Source: an uncultured Gammaproteobacteria bacterium
GTDB taxonomy: Bacteria; Patescibacteriota; Microgenomatia; Daviesbacterales; UBA10151
Assembly (NCBI GenBank): GCA_964446685.1
Contig: CAYUPO010000001.1
Location: 38,912-102,911, forward strand
Direction: 5' to 3'
DNA length: 64,000 bases
The position numbers and the translations under genes are program-made. Below are positions 45,679-55,943 of this stretch, one piece after another; the first letter of the stretch is position 1; every line of letters begins with the position of its first letter. A model generated the notes under the pieces. The model searched no databases, was not told the DNA's origin, and saw only the letters and a list, made by a program, of their open reading frames with translations.

Positions 45679-46779
45679 ATGTTAAAATTATCAATATTTC
45701 TTTCAATTATATTTGTTCTAGGTAGTCTGTATTACTGGAAAACTATTCCTTCAAAAAATGCTGAGAATTTTATCTCGCCTTTTCCCTCTGAAACAGTAAC
45801 TATCAATTCACCGGTTCCTCATAGTAGTTCCTCTGACACTGTTATCCCAAAAAGCAAAACTCTGACCAATAATTATCATATTTTCCAGTCATTTAATAAC
45901 TGCGGACCAGCTGCTTTATCAATGGCTTTATCTTACTATGGAATAAATAAATCCCAGGAAGAGTTAGGACAGTCTCTAAGACCCTATCAGAATCCCCAGG
46001 GAGACAACGATGATAAGTCAGTAACTTTGGAAGAAGTGGGCAAAAAAGCCGAAGAGTTTGGGTTGATAGCCTATCACCGCCCTAATGGATCTGTCGAGAT
46101 ATTAAAACAATTTATAGCCCAGGGTATTCCCGTTCTGGCCAGAACTTATTTAAAGAAAGATGACGATATTGGCCATTTCCGAATTATAAAAGGCTATGAT
46201 GATGCTGCTTCACAACTGATACAGGATGATTCTTTTCAGGGCAAAAATCTGAGATATTCTTATACTGAGTTTAATGAACTTTGGGAAGATTTTAATTTTG
46301 AATATTTAGTTTTGGTCCCACCTGACAAAAAAGTAGTAGCTGAATCCATCATCGGATCTGATATTGATCAGACATCTGCCTGGAAGAAATCAGTCGTTGT
46401 GCTGAATAACAAACTTAAACTTAATCCTGAGGACACCACGACTCTTTTTAATTTATCAGTAGCAAAATTTAATTCCGGTGATTTTGAAGGTTCAGTTAAA
46501 TCTTTCGAACGAGTTGAAAATAAACTAACTTTTCGGACTCTCTGGTATCAAATTGAACCAATTGAAGCCTACTATGAAACAGGAAGATATGACAAAGTAC
46601 TCAGTATGACCTCCAAAATTTTAAACAACCAAAACAGAGCCTTTTCGGAGTTGTATATTTTAAGAGCTAAAGTATATTTAAAACAAAACAACCAACAACA
46701 GGCAGCCGAGGAGATTGCTAAAGCAATGCTGTATAACAAAAATATGAAAATAGGTAATGAATTATTAAACCAACTTTAA
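45679..46779 (+). CDS. C39-like cysteine peptidase + TPR
   Basis: QSFNNCGPAAL, GHFRIIKGYD, QDDS; C-terminal TPR-like helices. Confidence 0.88.
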   Translation: MLKLSIFLSIIFVLGSLYYWKTIPSKNAENFISPFPSETVTINSPVPHSSSSDTVIPKSKTLTNNYHIFQSFNNCGPAALSMALSYYGINKSQEELGQSLRPYQNPQGDNDDKSVTLEEVGKKAEEFGLIAYHRPNGSVEILKQFIAQGIPVLARTYLKKDDDIGHFRIIKGYDDAASQLIQDDSFQGKNLRYSYTEFNELWEDFNFEYLVLVPPDKKVVAESIIGSDIDQTSAWKKSVVVLNNKLKLNPEDTTTLFNLSVAKFNSGDFEGSVKSFERVENKLTFRTLWYQIEPIEAYYETGRYDKVLSMTSKILNNQNRAFSELYILRAKVYLKQNNQQQAAEEIAKAMLYNKNMKIGNELLNQL

Positions 46780-47957
46780 AAAGCTGATTCTTTGACAGCT
46801 CCAGGTCTTAATACCCAGAAAGATAATATAAATCCGATTAATACAAACACTGCTGACCCCATAAATGGAGCGGCCAATGAATACTGAGCCAGTGCCCCTG
46901 CAACCAAAGGTCCAATGATTTGTCCGACACTCATATAGGAAGAATTAAGCCCCTGCATTGATCCCTGGGATTTGGCATCTGTTTCCTGTGACAGGATGGC
47001 CTGGGTTAAGGGTTGAACTGAGTTATTAAAAAATCCCATGATCAGAGATGCCAAAAGGAAAGTAACCAGACTATTGCTTAAAGCAATCAGTAAAAAGCCA
47101 ATGGAAACAATCAAGAGAGATGTTCTAAAAGCTTTTTTAAGCCCCAGCCATTTAGAAAATCTTTGAACAAAAAAGACCTGGCTGAGTATGCCCAACAAAC
47201 CAAAGAAGGAAAAAATAAATGAGATATGCTGTGCATCAAGCCCTAACTGACCTTGAGCAAAAGGCTGAAATGAGGTTATAAAAATCCCAAATGAAACAAA
47301 GAAACAAAGTGTGATCAAAAATGTCACCCCGACATTCGGATCAAATAAAGCATGAAACAATTTTGAAAAATTAAATAAACTGCCCTGTTTTACTTCTCCA
47401 ATATGCTTATTGGTTTCTGGAAGCAGAAAGTATGTTAGTAAAACAGCAATAATCGAGATAATCCCTGCAATAATAAATGGAATTGCGGGAGAGATAGCAA
47501 CTGTAAATCCGGAAATGGCCGGACCGACAAACAGACCGAAACCAAATGAAGCACCTATAATGCCAAAACCTTTGACCCGGTCTTTTTCTTCAGTTGTGTC
47601 TGAGATAACTGCAGCGGCCACCGGAATATTACCAGCTGTTAAACCATCCAGGGCTCTGGCTAAAAATAGAATAATTGCATTTGGAGCAAAAGCCATCATA
47701 AAAAAGGAAACAGCGGTACCGGCAATCGATGCCAAAAGAAGCGGTTTTCTTCCGTATTTATCAGATAATCTGCCAATCAGAGGTGTAGCAATAAACTGAC
47801 AAAGAGAAAAAAGTGCAAACAGCAGCCCATACTGAAAAGCATTTAAGCCAAACCGTTCAGTATAGGTATACAAGATCGGAATAATAATGCCATATCCAAG
47901 TGCATTGACCACCGCAATTAGCGCAATAATTAATAAATTTCGATTATTTTTAAACAT
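46776..47957 (-). CDS. MFS transporter (TetA/DHA1-like)
   Basis: GRLSDKYGRKP, ARALDGLTAG, GFGLFVGPAI. Confidence 0.92.
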   Translation of the reverse strand: MFKNNRNLLIIALIAVVNALGYGIIIPILYTYTERFGLNAFQYGLLFALFSLCQFIATPLIGRLSDKYGRKPLLLASIAGTAVSFFMMAFAPNAIILFLARALDGLTAGNIPVAAAVISDTTEEKDRVKGFGIIGASFGFGLFVGPAISGFTVAISPAIPFIIAGIISIIAVLLTYFLLPETNKHIGEVKQGSLFNFSKLFHALFDPNVGVTFLITLCFFVSFGIFITSFQPFAQGQLGLDAQHISFIFSFFGLLGILSQVFFVQRFSKWLGLKKAFRTSLLIVSIGFLLIALSNSLVTFLLASLIMGFFNNSVQPLTQAILSQETDAKSQGSMQGLNSSYMSVGQIIGPLVAGALAQYSLAAPFMGSAVFVLIGFILSFWVLRPGAVKESAF

Positions 47958-48041
47958 ATGAATTATACTTTCCTTTATGAAGTACCGGATAAAACACGAA
48001 AATTAATTCTAAAACATTTAGATATTAATTACCAGTGGCGA

Positions 48042-48170
48042 TTACATCATTGAACCAAAGAGTGATAAGAATAAGACTCCTACAACAAATCCCAGAACAA
48101 ATCCTGCGAGTAAATCTGAATTTATGATAGTTTTTTTAGCTGGTGAGCTAGTGACAGTTTTTTTAGACAT
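48042..48170 (-). CDS. Small single-TM protein (42 aa)
   Basis: Not in the ORF track. SD AAGGAG; MSKKTVTSSPAKKTIINSDLLAGFVLGFVVGVLFLSLFGSMM. Confidence 0.65.
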   Translation of the reverse strand: MSKKTVTSSPAKKTIINSDLLAGFVLGFVVGVLFLSLFGSMM

Positions 48171-48355
48171 AGATCTCCTTTCTTAATTAACTGTAGAAAA
48201 ATTACTAATTACTGTCAATATAGCTCAGATATTATAAGCCGAGCCGTTTTTGTCAGTACTATGGAAGTATTACGTAAGAATCAGGCAAAATTTGTTTACT
48301 TGCAAGCCTAAATAGCCTATAATGAATGATGTGAAAAGCAGCCCAAGTTTATTCT

Positions 48356-50053
48356 ATGAATCCACAACTGATTTCCTTACTCAAACCCTTATATAAAAAA
48401 GAATCCGAACGGATTGTACTGGAGCTGGAGAAATACGCCAAAACTATTCAGAAGATTGAATTACAAAAACCAGATCTTAACTGGTACAAATTTATTGATA
48501 TGTATTCAACCTACCCAGATGGTTTGAGATTAAACAGACAAAAAAAGCCATTCGAGAATCTGGAAGACCACATCGATATTATTCAGAAACTAGGCTGTAA
48601 TGCGTTACATATTTTACCTTTTTTAAAATCTCCCATGATTGATAAAGGGTTTGATATCTCAGATTTTTACCAACCACGAAGCGAACTTGGAACTTTAAAA
48701 CAGCTGCAAAGCGTTGTTAAAAAAGCCAGTGACAACGGAGTCTGGGTATTTATGGATCTGGTATTTAATCATGTTTCTGAGGAACATGATTGGTTTAAAA
48801 AAGCCCAGAGTGGTGATGAAAAATATCGAAATTATTTTCTGTTCACTAAAGAAAAACCAAAATACATCAGATCTTTTGAAAAGGATAGTGCGGTCTGGGC
48901 AGAATTTGAAGTTGAGCAGAAAAAAATTGCCGTTAATATTGCTTTTCCTGATCGTCCGGGAGAGATCCCTTTATTCCGCCAAGGAAGTGATGGTTATTGG
49001 TATTATCACACTTATTATCCGGAGGAAATAGATTTAAATTGGTTTAATCCGGATGTTTTTATTGAAATGGCCAAAATAATGATGTTTTGGTGTAGTCAGG
49101 GTTTTAATTTCAGATTAGATGCGATCCCTTTTATTGGTAAAAAAATGTATAAAAATCCGAGTGTGGCGAATGATTTTACTCATAAAATAGTAGCAGCTCT
49201 ACGGAATATTGCTACATCAATAAATCCGGAGTGTGTTTTGCTTGTTGAAACATATGAAAAACTGGATTCTATTATTCAGTACTTTGGAACTACCAATGAA
49301 GCAGAAGCTAATTTGGCTTACAACTTTTTCCTGACAACTGCAACCTGGGTTAGTATGGCTACAGAAGACAACAGCCATATCTGGAAGAATTTAGGTAAGA
49401 TGAGTATCACACCGAAGCACGCAGAATGGATAAATTTTTTAAGAAATCATGATGAACTGAGTTTGGCCTATCTGGCAGAAAAAGATTTGCAGGTTGTTCA
49501 TCAAAAATTGTCTTCTTTAGGTCAGCCCTTCAGAAGCAAATTTGGAATCTCCGGTCGGACTTATTCTTTACTCAAGCATAATCAAAAAAAGTTTTTCATG
49601 GCTTACTTTCTGCTGATGTCCTTACCAGGAGGAGTTATGATCCAGTACGGTGATGAGATTGGAAAAGGTAATATCCCCCTGGATAAACTTCCCACAAAAC
49701 TGCAGCAAGACACCAGAAATATTAATCGAGGTGTGATCACAAGGAAAGAATATTTTTCTAAAAAGTCACAGACTTTTTTTAAATTTATGTCTTACTTTTT
49801 TCATAAAAGACGGGAGTTTCGTGATTATTTAAATGTCTGGCCTAAAAAAATATCAACTGCTAAAGAAATAATTGCGGCCAGTTATCAGCTGGGTATTTCT
49901 GAATTACGATTTTATGTCAACCTATCTTCTCTGAGTAAAAAAATTTCAGCCAAAACAGCTGATTTTCAAATATTGGCAACAGTTAATAATGCAAAAATGA
50001 CTAATGGAAAGATTGAATTAGGACCATATGGCGGCATCTGGATCCAAAAATAA
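48356..50053 (+). CDS. GH13 enzyme, trehalose-synthase/amylosucrase-like
   Basis: DLVFNHVS, FRLDAIPF, VETYE, FLRNHDEL, YGDEIG. Confidence 0.82.
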   Translation: MNPQLISLLKPLYKKESERIVLELEKYAKTIQKIELQKPDLNWYKFIDMYSTYPDGLRLNRQKKPFENLEDHIDIIQKLGCNALHILPFLKSPMIDKGFDISDFYQPRSELGTLKQLQSVVKKASDNGVWVFMDLVFNHVSEEHDWFKKAQSGDEKYRNYFLFTKEKPKYIRSFEKDSAVWAEFEVEQKKIAVNIAFPDRPGEIPLFRQGSDGYWYYHTYYPEEIDLNWFNPDVFIEMAKIMMFWCSQGFNFRLDAIPFIGKKMYKNPSVANDFTHKIVAALRNIATSINPECVLLVETYEKLDSIIQYFGTTNEAEANLAYNFFLTTATWVSMATEDNSHIWKNLGKMSITPKHAEWINFLRNHDELSLAYLAEKDLQVVHQKLSSLGQPFRSKFGISGRTYSLLKHNQKKFFMAYFLLMSLPGGVMIQYGDEIGKGNIPLDKLPTKLQQDTRNINRGVITRKEYFSKKSQTFFKFMSYFFHKRREFRDYLNVWPKKISTAKEIIAASYQLGISELRFYVNLSSLSKKISAKTADFQILATVNNAKMTNGKIELGPYGGIWIQK

Positions 50054-50209
50054 ATCAACCATGGGCTAACGCTGCGTAGTGTCCTTGTTCTCGCATTACC
50101 CAACCTTCCTACGGTGGAATGGCTTCATCCCCAATGCAAGCATCGAGGTACCACACTCACAAATGAAGCCAAAACATTTCGATCAAATGAGATAGTCTCG
50201 GTAAAAAGT

Positions 50210-51820
50210 TTAGGTGAGTTCGATAACAAGGCCTTCATTTGCAGCTAGTGAAATTGTTGTAAGTAAAACTGATTTATCTATTTTTTCAAGTTTAGTATCA
50301 ACTAATATTTTTCCTTTGCTAAAAGGAGTTTTTATACTCTGTTTTTGATGACTATAGTTTAATAGGACCAAAATCATTGAATCATGAAAAATTCTTAGAA
50401 AGGCCAAAATCTGGTCATTATTTAAAGTCAGTATTTGCTGAGAGCCAAACTGAAAAGCTTTGTGTGACTTTCTTAACCTTAACAACTTTTTATATAAAGA
50501 AAGCAGAGAATGAGGATCCTTGTTTTCTTTTCTGGTGTTGACCTGCTTATAATTTGGATTAATAGGTAACCAGCTTTCTTCGGCTGTGGTAAATCCGGCC
50601 ATTGAGTCATCAGTCCACTGCATTGGTGTTCTGGCCGGATCTCTGCCTAATCCAAGACCTGGAGTCTTTATTTCAAATGGATCCTGAATTTTATCAGGTG
50701 GAATTTCAGTATTAGACATTCCAATTTCATCACCATTATAAATATATGCCATCCCTCTCAAAGATAAGATCAGCATCGCCGCTATTCTGGATTGTGCTAA
50801 ACCAATTCTGGAAACTAATCTTGGTCTATCATGATTACCTGTGACATAAGTTGGAACATATAGAGAACCTACTTTTTTGTCATATTTATCAATAAAATCA
50901 CGGTGAACTTCCGGTGTCCAGGGAAGTGTAATTAGACCAAAATTAAATGGCGTAAACCAATCTTTTTCAATCCGGTTGTACCATTTGACTGCATCTTCCA
51001 TTTCTGACCAGACTTCAATCACCATAAATTTATCATTGAAATTTTCTAATGGTCTGGTCAACTCTTTAATAATCTGGGTCAGTTCAGGAAGAGCAAAAGT
51101 TTTGGTATGTAAAACCATATGGTATGGATCTGCCCCCTGAACAAAAGCCAGATTTTCCGGTTCGTCTTCAAAACTGGGATCTTTCACCATCCATTCAATC
51201 GCATCTATCCGGAATCCATCAACTCCCAGTTCCAGCCAATAGCTTAAGATATCCTGCATTTCTTTGACTACCGCCGGATTATGCCAGTTTAAATCAATCT
51301 GATCTTCATCAAATGAATGGAGATAATACTGCTTGGTGTGTTCATCAAATTTCCAGGCAGAACCGCCAAATACACTTCGCCAGTTGTTGGGAGGAGAACC
51401 ATCTGCTTTAGGATCTTTCCAGATATAGTAGTCTCTTTTTGGATTGTCTTTTGAAGAGCGGGATTCTTTGAACCATTGATGTTCAGACGAGGTGTGATTT
51501 GGTACAAAATCCATCATCACCTTGATACCACGATTATGCGCTTCTGTAATTAATTTTTTAAATGTTGTTAAATCCCCAAAAAGTGGGTCAATGTTTTTAT
51601 AATCAGAAGTGTCATAGCCAAAATCAGCCTGCGGGGAGTTGTAAATTGGTGATAACCAGATGGCATCAACACCCAAAGAAAATTCAGTGTTACCATTTAG
51701 ATAATTCAGCCGGTCAATAACACCGTTAAGATCCCCTACCCCATCAGCATTGGTATCTTTAAAGCTACGAACATAAATATGATAAACAACAGAATAGGGA
51801 TTCCACTTGATCGAAGACAT
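50210..51820 (-). CDS. GH13 alpha-glucosidase / oligo-1,6-glucosidase
   Basis: YVRSFKD, DFVPNHTS, GFRIDAI, GNHDRPR, GRDPARTPMQW. Confidence 0.93.
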   Translation of the reverse strand: MSSIKWNPYSVVYHIYVRSFKDTNADGVGDLNGVIDRLNYLNGNTEFSLGVDAIWLSPIYNSPQADFGYDTSDYKNIDPLFGDLTTFKKLITEAHNRGIKVMMDFVPNHTSSEHQWFKESRSSKDNPKRDYYIWKDPKADGSPPNNWRSVFGGSAWKFDEHTKQYYLHSFDEDQIDLNWHNPAVVKEMQDILSYWLELGVDGFRIDAIEWMVKDPSFEDEPENLAFVQGADPYHMVLHTKTFALPELTQIIKELTRPLENFNDKFMVIEVWSEMEDAVKWYNRIEKDWFTPFNFGLITLPWTPEVHRDFIDKYDKKVGSLYVPTYVTGNHDRPRLVSRIGLAQSRIAAMLILSLRGMAYIYNGDEIGMSNTEIPPDKIQDPFEIKTPGLGLGRDPARTPMQWTDDSMAGFTTAEESWLPINPNYKQVNTRKENKDPHSLLSLYKKLLRLRKSHKAFQFGSQQILTLNNDQILAFLRIFHDSMILVLLNYSHQKQSIKTPFSKGKILVDTKLEKIDKSVLLTTISLAANEGLVIELT

Positions 51821-51823
51821 AAG

Positions 51824-52066
51824 TTAATCAAGGTTAGTACTTCCAACCGGAACAGGCAAGTCTTCATTTGCATCGGGATACAAACCCATTTCTTTGGCAT
51901 CTTCAAAAGTGTTAGTTTTAGTTGCCAGCTCGGGATCGGATTCTGTACCATATTTAGTTAACTCATCATAATTTTCAGGCGAAGTTTTTTGGATTTCTTC
52001 ACTCATTTCATCTCCGCCGGCAGTCGGATCCGCAATATTTAAATTTTGATCATCTGTATTATCCAT
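51824..52066 (-). CDS. Small acidic hypothetical protein
   Basis: 80 aa, D/E-rich, 3 nt upstream of the GH13 gene. Confidence 0.65.
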   Translation of the reverse strand: MDNTDDQNLNIADPTAGGDEMSEEIQKTSPENYDELTKYGTESDPELATKTNTFEDAKEMGLYPDANEDLPVPVGSTNLD

Positions 52067-52131
52067 AAAACTAGAATAAGTGAACCATAAGAAAAGTAAA
52101 TTTTATTTAGGTAAGAAAAGAGTAATAGAGG

Positions 52132-52359
52132 CTATTTAGTATTAATTTTAAACAAAACAGCAACTGACAGAGCGGCTATAGCTAAGTTTAAAACTGCCAT
52201 TTCAACCATCCCTGAAACAGCGGCATCATAGACTAAAACTAAAGTCCCCAGTCCATAAATAAAAATAAATAGGTTGTTTATTGATTTATCTTTATGAGTA
52301 ATCAGCAGAAATTGAATTAACCAGGCAACTGTGATCATTATCAGGCCAAATAGTGTCAT
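52132..52359 (-). CDS. Small 3-TM membrane protein (SemiSWEET/PQ-loop-like topology)
   Basis: 75 aa from ATG 52359; three hydrophobic helices. Confidence 0.55.
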   Translation of the reverse strand: MTLFGLIMITVAWLIQFLLITHKDKSINNLFIFIYGLGTLVLVYDAAVSGMVEMAVLNLAIAALSVAVLFKINTK

Positions 52360-52461
52360 ATATTTATAATCCTCATTTAGAAGCAAAAAGTCAAGCAAAA
52401 CAAAGAATATAATAGTTACTGGCAAAATTAAGACTTATAGGATAAAATTATAAAACTATTT

Positions 52462-53424
52462 ATGCAATTTTTAACTATCAAGCGTATTATCATTTCTGCC
52501 TTGATTATTCTTTCATTAATTTGGGGAGTAATTTTATTTTTGGTATTGACTGACTCATCATACCATCTGATTCAGCTTCCTTTACCTGATATTAAAGGAA
52601 TTGCCACCTCAGTTCAGCCGATAGATGAGAGTAAAGTCAGACAACTTCAGCCACTTCAACAAGATCTAATCTTGGCAACAGGTGATGGATCCAGTTTTAC
52701 TGATAAAGCAGTTTTGGTCACAGGTGCAGCTACCCCGAGCGCAATTTTAAAAAATAATGAATTGATCGCCTATTTTAATTATTTTCCTGAAGGACAAAGA
52801 CGTTCTTATGGCAGTATTCATCAAATAAAATCAGTGGATAAAGGCCAAACCTGGAGTAATCCCGCACAAATAATGATATTTAATGCTCCCGCTCTAGCAA
52901 CCGTTCCGTTTTCTCCTAAAGTAGTGCTACTGCCAAATAATAAAATAAAGCTGTATTTCTTAGCCCGGAAAAGAGATGAGGAACAAACTAAACTGTTTGC
53001 GGCTGTATCTGATGACGGCATAAAATTTGCTTTTGATCCTTCAACCTCTTTTGAACTTGAAGGTCAATCTCTGATTAGTTATGCAGTAACTATTTTGGAT
53101 TATAAAATGCATTTACTTGCATATACTAGGGAAGGAAGTGCATCCTTTACCGCTCATCATGCTATTTCCTATGACACAAGCGTGTTTACCAGACTAGCTG
53201 ATGTAGTAATTAAAGATTCCTATTATGGGCAAAATTCCTTAGTTACTGATGGTTCAAAACTCATTTTATATGGTGCATCTGATAAAGGGTTATGGAAAAG
53301 CAATTCACCAGATGGTAATTCCTGGAGCTCAATCAACTATTTAAATAACCAAACAGAAAACCCCGGGCTGATATATAAAGATAATTTATATTACCTATTT
53401 TATACAAAAACTTCAGAAAGATAG
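52462..53424 (+). CDS. Anchored BNR/Asp-box beta-propeller protein (sialidase-like fold)
   Basis: SVDKGQTW, SDDGIKF, SPDGNSW. Confidence 0.75.
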   Translation: MQFLTIKRIIISALIILSLIWGVILFLVLTDSSYHLIQLPLPDIKGIATSVQPIDESKVRQLQPLQQDLILATGDGSSFTDKAVLVTGAATPSAILKNNELIAYFNYFPEGQRRSYGSIHQIKSVDKGQTWSNPAQIMIFNAPALATVPFSPKVVLLPNNKIKLYFLARKRDEEQTKLFAAVSDDGIKFAFDPSTSFELEGQSLISYAVTILDYKMHLLAYTREGSASFTAHHAISYDTSVFTRLADVVIKDSYYGQNSLVTDGSKLILYGASDKGLWKSNSPDGNSWSSINYLNNQTENPGLIYKDNLYYLFYTKTSER

Positions 53425-53425
53425 A

Positions 53426-53641
53426 TTAACCCTGGAATAATTTTAAAAGAGCAGTTAAAACAAAACTGATAATAAGCGAACTTAAAAGTGGGTAGTAAAC
53501 TGCGACCGCACCTTTTTTAGATAAAAGTACAGCATGTACCCGGCCAATCAGGGATTTTTTGGGAGCAACAGCAAAAGCAATTCCGAGTAAAATAATAGCA
53601 AAACTAAAGTAAACGACTGGACTGATGGCAGATCCGAACAT
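53426..53641 (-). CDS. Small membrane protein, DUF2905-like
   Basis: C-terminal VYYPLLSSLIISFVLT. Confidence 0.55.
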   Translation of the reverse strand: MFGSAISPVVYFSFAIILLGIAFAVAPKKSLIGRVHAVLLSKKGAVAVYYPLLSSLIISFVLTALLKLFQG

Positions 53642-53781
53642 AAAAACAGTCTATCAAAGAATATGGTATTTTTCCAGTATGAATTATGTAAATAAGCTCA
53701 GCAGTACAGGCTAATCTACTGATTGTAGATTCTTTTACTCCCACCTTCCAGACTTCACAAAAATAATAGTAACCGCTTGTT

Positions 53782-54504
53782 TTAAAAGTAAATTTTAATC
53801 TTATTTTTTAAATATTTTTGGCGTAAATCTTCCGAAAAGTGTTCAATAGCATATCGCAGCATTGTTCGGGGCATCACCTGATAATGTTTGTTTAAGAATT
53901 CTTTTTCAATTTCTGGGGAAATTCTTTTGCCTATTTCTCGAAGCATCCAGCCGACTGCTTTCTGAATTAAATCATGTTTATCATCGAGCAACATTTCGGC
54001 TAAATTAAAAGTATCTTGATATTCTTTGGCATTAATAAACCGAGCAGTAGTTAAAACAGCAATCCGTCTTTCCCACCACTTATCTGATTTCACTAATTTA
54101 TATATGATTTGCCTATCTTTTCTTAGTAAATAATCACCCAAAATATAGCTAGCAGATGAATCTACCAAATCCCACGAATTGATAAAATTAGTGTGTTTTA
54201 AATAAAATCTGGCAATTTGATCCTTCAGATGATCATCTGCTCTTTTATACTTTAAAACCAATATAAACAAAGCAATTAATTTTTCCTCATGTATATTACT
54301 TTCAAGTAAGATCTGCACATCATTGAAATCTAAATCAATAAACTGCTTAGCAACTTTTCTTGAGTCTGGCACTCTAATACCCAGAAATATTTCATCAGAA
54401 GGAATTGTTTCCTTAGTAAAATATTTTTTTAAAAACATAGATTTGGCAGGATTCTGGTACTGTTTAAGTTCGCTTTTTAAATCTTCAAGACGGAGAGCCT
54501 GCAT
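53782..54504 (-). CDS. DNA alkylation repair protein, AlkD family
   Basis: FLGIRVP, NSWDLVD, WWERR, IQKAVGWMLRE, RYAIE. Confidence 0.92.
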   Translation of the reverse strand: MQALRLEDLKSELKQYQNPAKSMFLKKYFTKETIPSDEIFLGIRVPDSRKVAKQFIDLDFNDVQILLESNIHEEKLIALFILVLKYKRADDHLKDQIARFYLKHTNFINSWDLVDSSASYILGDYLLRKDRQIIYKLVKSDKWWERRIAVLTTARFINAKEYQDTFNLAEMLLDDKHDLIQKAVGWMLREIGKRISPEIEKEFLNKHYQVMPRTMLRYAIEHFSEDLRQKYLKNKIKIYF

Positions 54505-54618
54505 GAATGTAGAATACTGAAGCTAAATAGGTATTGCAAGAGGTTGATAAATGGAATAAGATTTGTGATATTTATTTAATTATTTCTTTTAAATTTTAAT
54601 AAGTGATAAACTAAATTA

Positions 54619-54903
54619 ATGACAAAAACTGATCAATATTACAATTTAATGCTTGAACAAAATAAACAGGCTTTTGAGCTTTTTAAGCAAGTCCATGATG
54701 AATTTGCGAAAAATCCTGATCACTACCGGGAAGTTTTTAATGAAATGGGACGAGAAATCCAGGATATCGTCAGAAGGTATGAAAATATGCTTTGTTCAGG
54801 TAGTGAGAATGGCGGATACGGTAAGTTTAGTACCAAATTATCGGAAAAATTTCAGGCCAAGATCCTCAAAGAATTTCCTAAATATAATCATATCGGATTT
54901 TAA
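54619..54903 (+). CDS. Hypothetical protein
   Basis: 94 aa; YENMLCSGSENGGYGKFSTKLSEKF. Confidence 0.7.
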   Translation: MTKTDQYYNLMLEQNKQAFELFKQVHDEFAKNPDHYREVFNEMGREIQDIVRRYENMLCSGSENGGYGKFSTKLSEKFQAKILKEFPKYNHIGF

Positions 54904-54905
54904 TC

Positions 54906-55943
54906 ATGGAGGAATGGAAGCCATCCCGGATACTTATTAAAAATATATATGGCGGAAGACTGCTTGAGTATTTTCTGATTGCGGCGATTAGTTCAATACT
55001 GGGAATTCGTTTTTACTTAAATCTAACCGGTTATCCTCAAATTGGTCTGTTACAGCTTCATATTGCCCATGTGTTGTGGGGAGGATTGTTGATGATGGCC
55101 GGAGTCGTCTTTATGCTGGCTTATTTATCTAGCAATTCCCGGACAATTGGCGCTATTGTTACAGGTATTGGATTTGGTGCATTTATCGATGAACTTGGTA
55201 AATTTATTACCTCAGACAATAATTACTTTTTTCAGCCAACTGCGGCCATTATTTATGTCTTATTTGTCGCTTTGTTTTTATTATTTAGGTATTTTGACAG
55301 GCAGCAAAAAATCTCCAAAGAAGAGTATCTGGCAAATGCTCTGGAACTAATGGAAGACTTGGTTTTTGAAGATTTGGATACTGATGAGAAAAGCAGAATA
55401 AAACAGTTTTTAAAAAAATCAGATCAGAAAAATCAATTTGTCATAAGTTTAAGATCTTTACTGGAGGAAACAGAAACACATCACCCTGGAAAACCAGGTA
55501 TATTTTCCAGGATCAAAAGTGATTTAGCCTGGCGTTATCAAAGACTTGTGCTGCACCCCTGGTTTATTAGACTGTTGGTTATCTTTTTTCTGCTTCAGGC
55601 TCTTTATTCAATTGCACAAGCTTTTCAGTATGGCAAACTATTTTTGGCGACCAACTCAAATCAGTTTTTAGATTTTAGTTTTTCTGAAGCTGGTGAATTG
55701 ATTGCTGCTTCATTTGCCGGTTTCTTAGTTTTAATTGGAATATTAAATATTTTTAGAGACAGATTATTTTCTTTTAGAATGTTTAGATACTCTATTTTAA
55801 TAACTATTTTATTGGTTCAGTTTTTTGAATTTTATCAAAACCAGTTTTCAGCTGTAGGTGGACTTTTTGGAAATATTCTGACTCTAATTGCTTTAAATTA
55901 TATGATTACCAGGGAAGTAACAATCAGAACGAACAAAGATTAA
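54906..55943 (+). CDS. Multi-TM hypothetical protein
   Basis: TGYPQIG..LHIAHVLWGG, GFGAFIDELGKFITSDNNYF. Confidence 0.8.
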   Translation: MEEWKPSRILIKNIYGGRLLEYFLIAAISSILGIRFYLNLTGYPQIGLLQLHIAHVLWGGLLMMAGVVFMLAYLSSNSRTIGAIVTGIGFGAFIDELGKFITSDNNYFFQPTAAIIYVLFVALFLLFRYFDRQQKISKEEYLANALELMEDLVFEDLDTDEKSRIKQFLKKSDQKNQFVISLRSLLEETETHHPGKPGIFSRIKSDLAWRYQRLVLHPWFIRLLVIFFLLQALYSIAQAFQYGKLFLATNSNQFLDFSFSEAGELIAASFAGFLVLIGILNIFRDRLFSFRMFRYSILITILLVQFFEFYQNQFSAVGGLFGNILTLIALNYMITREVTIRTNKD

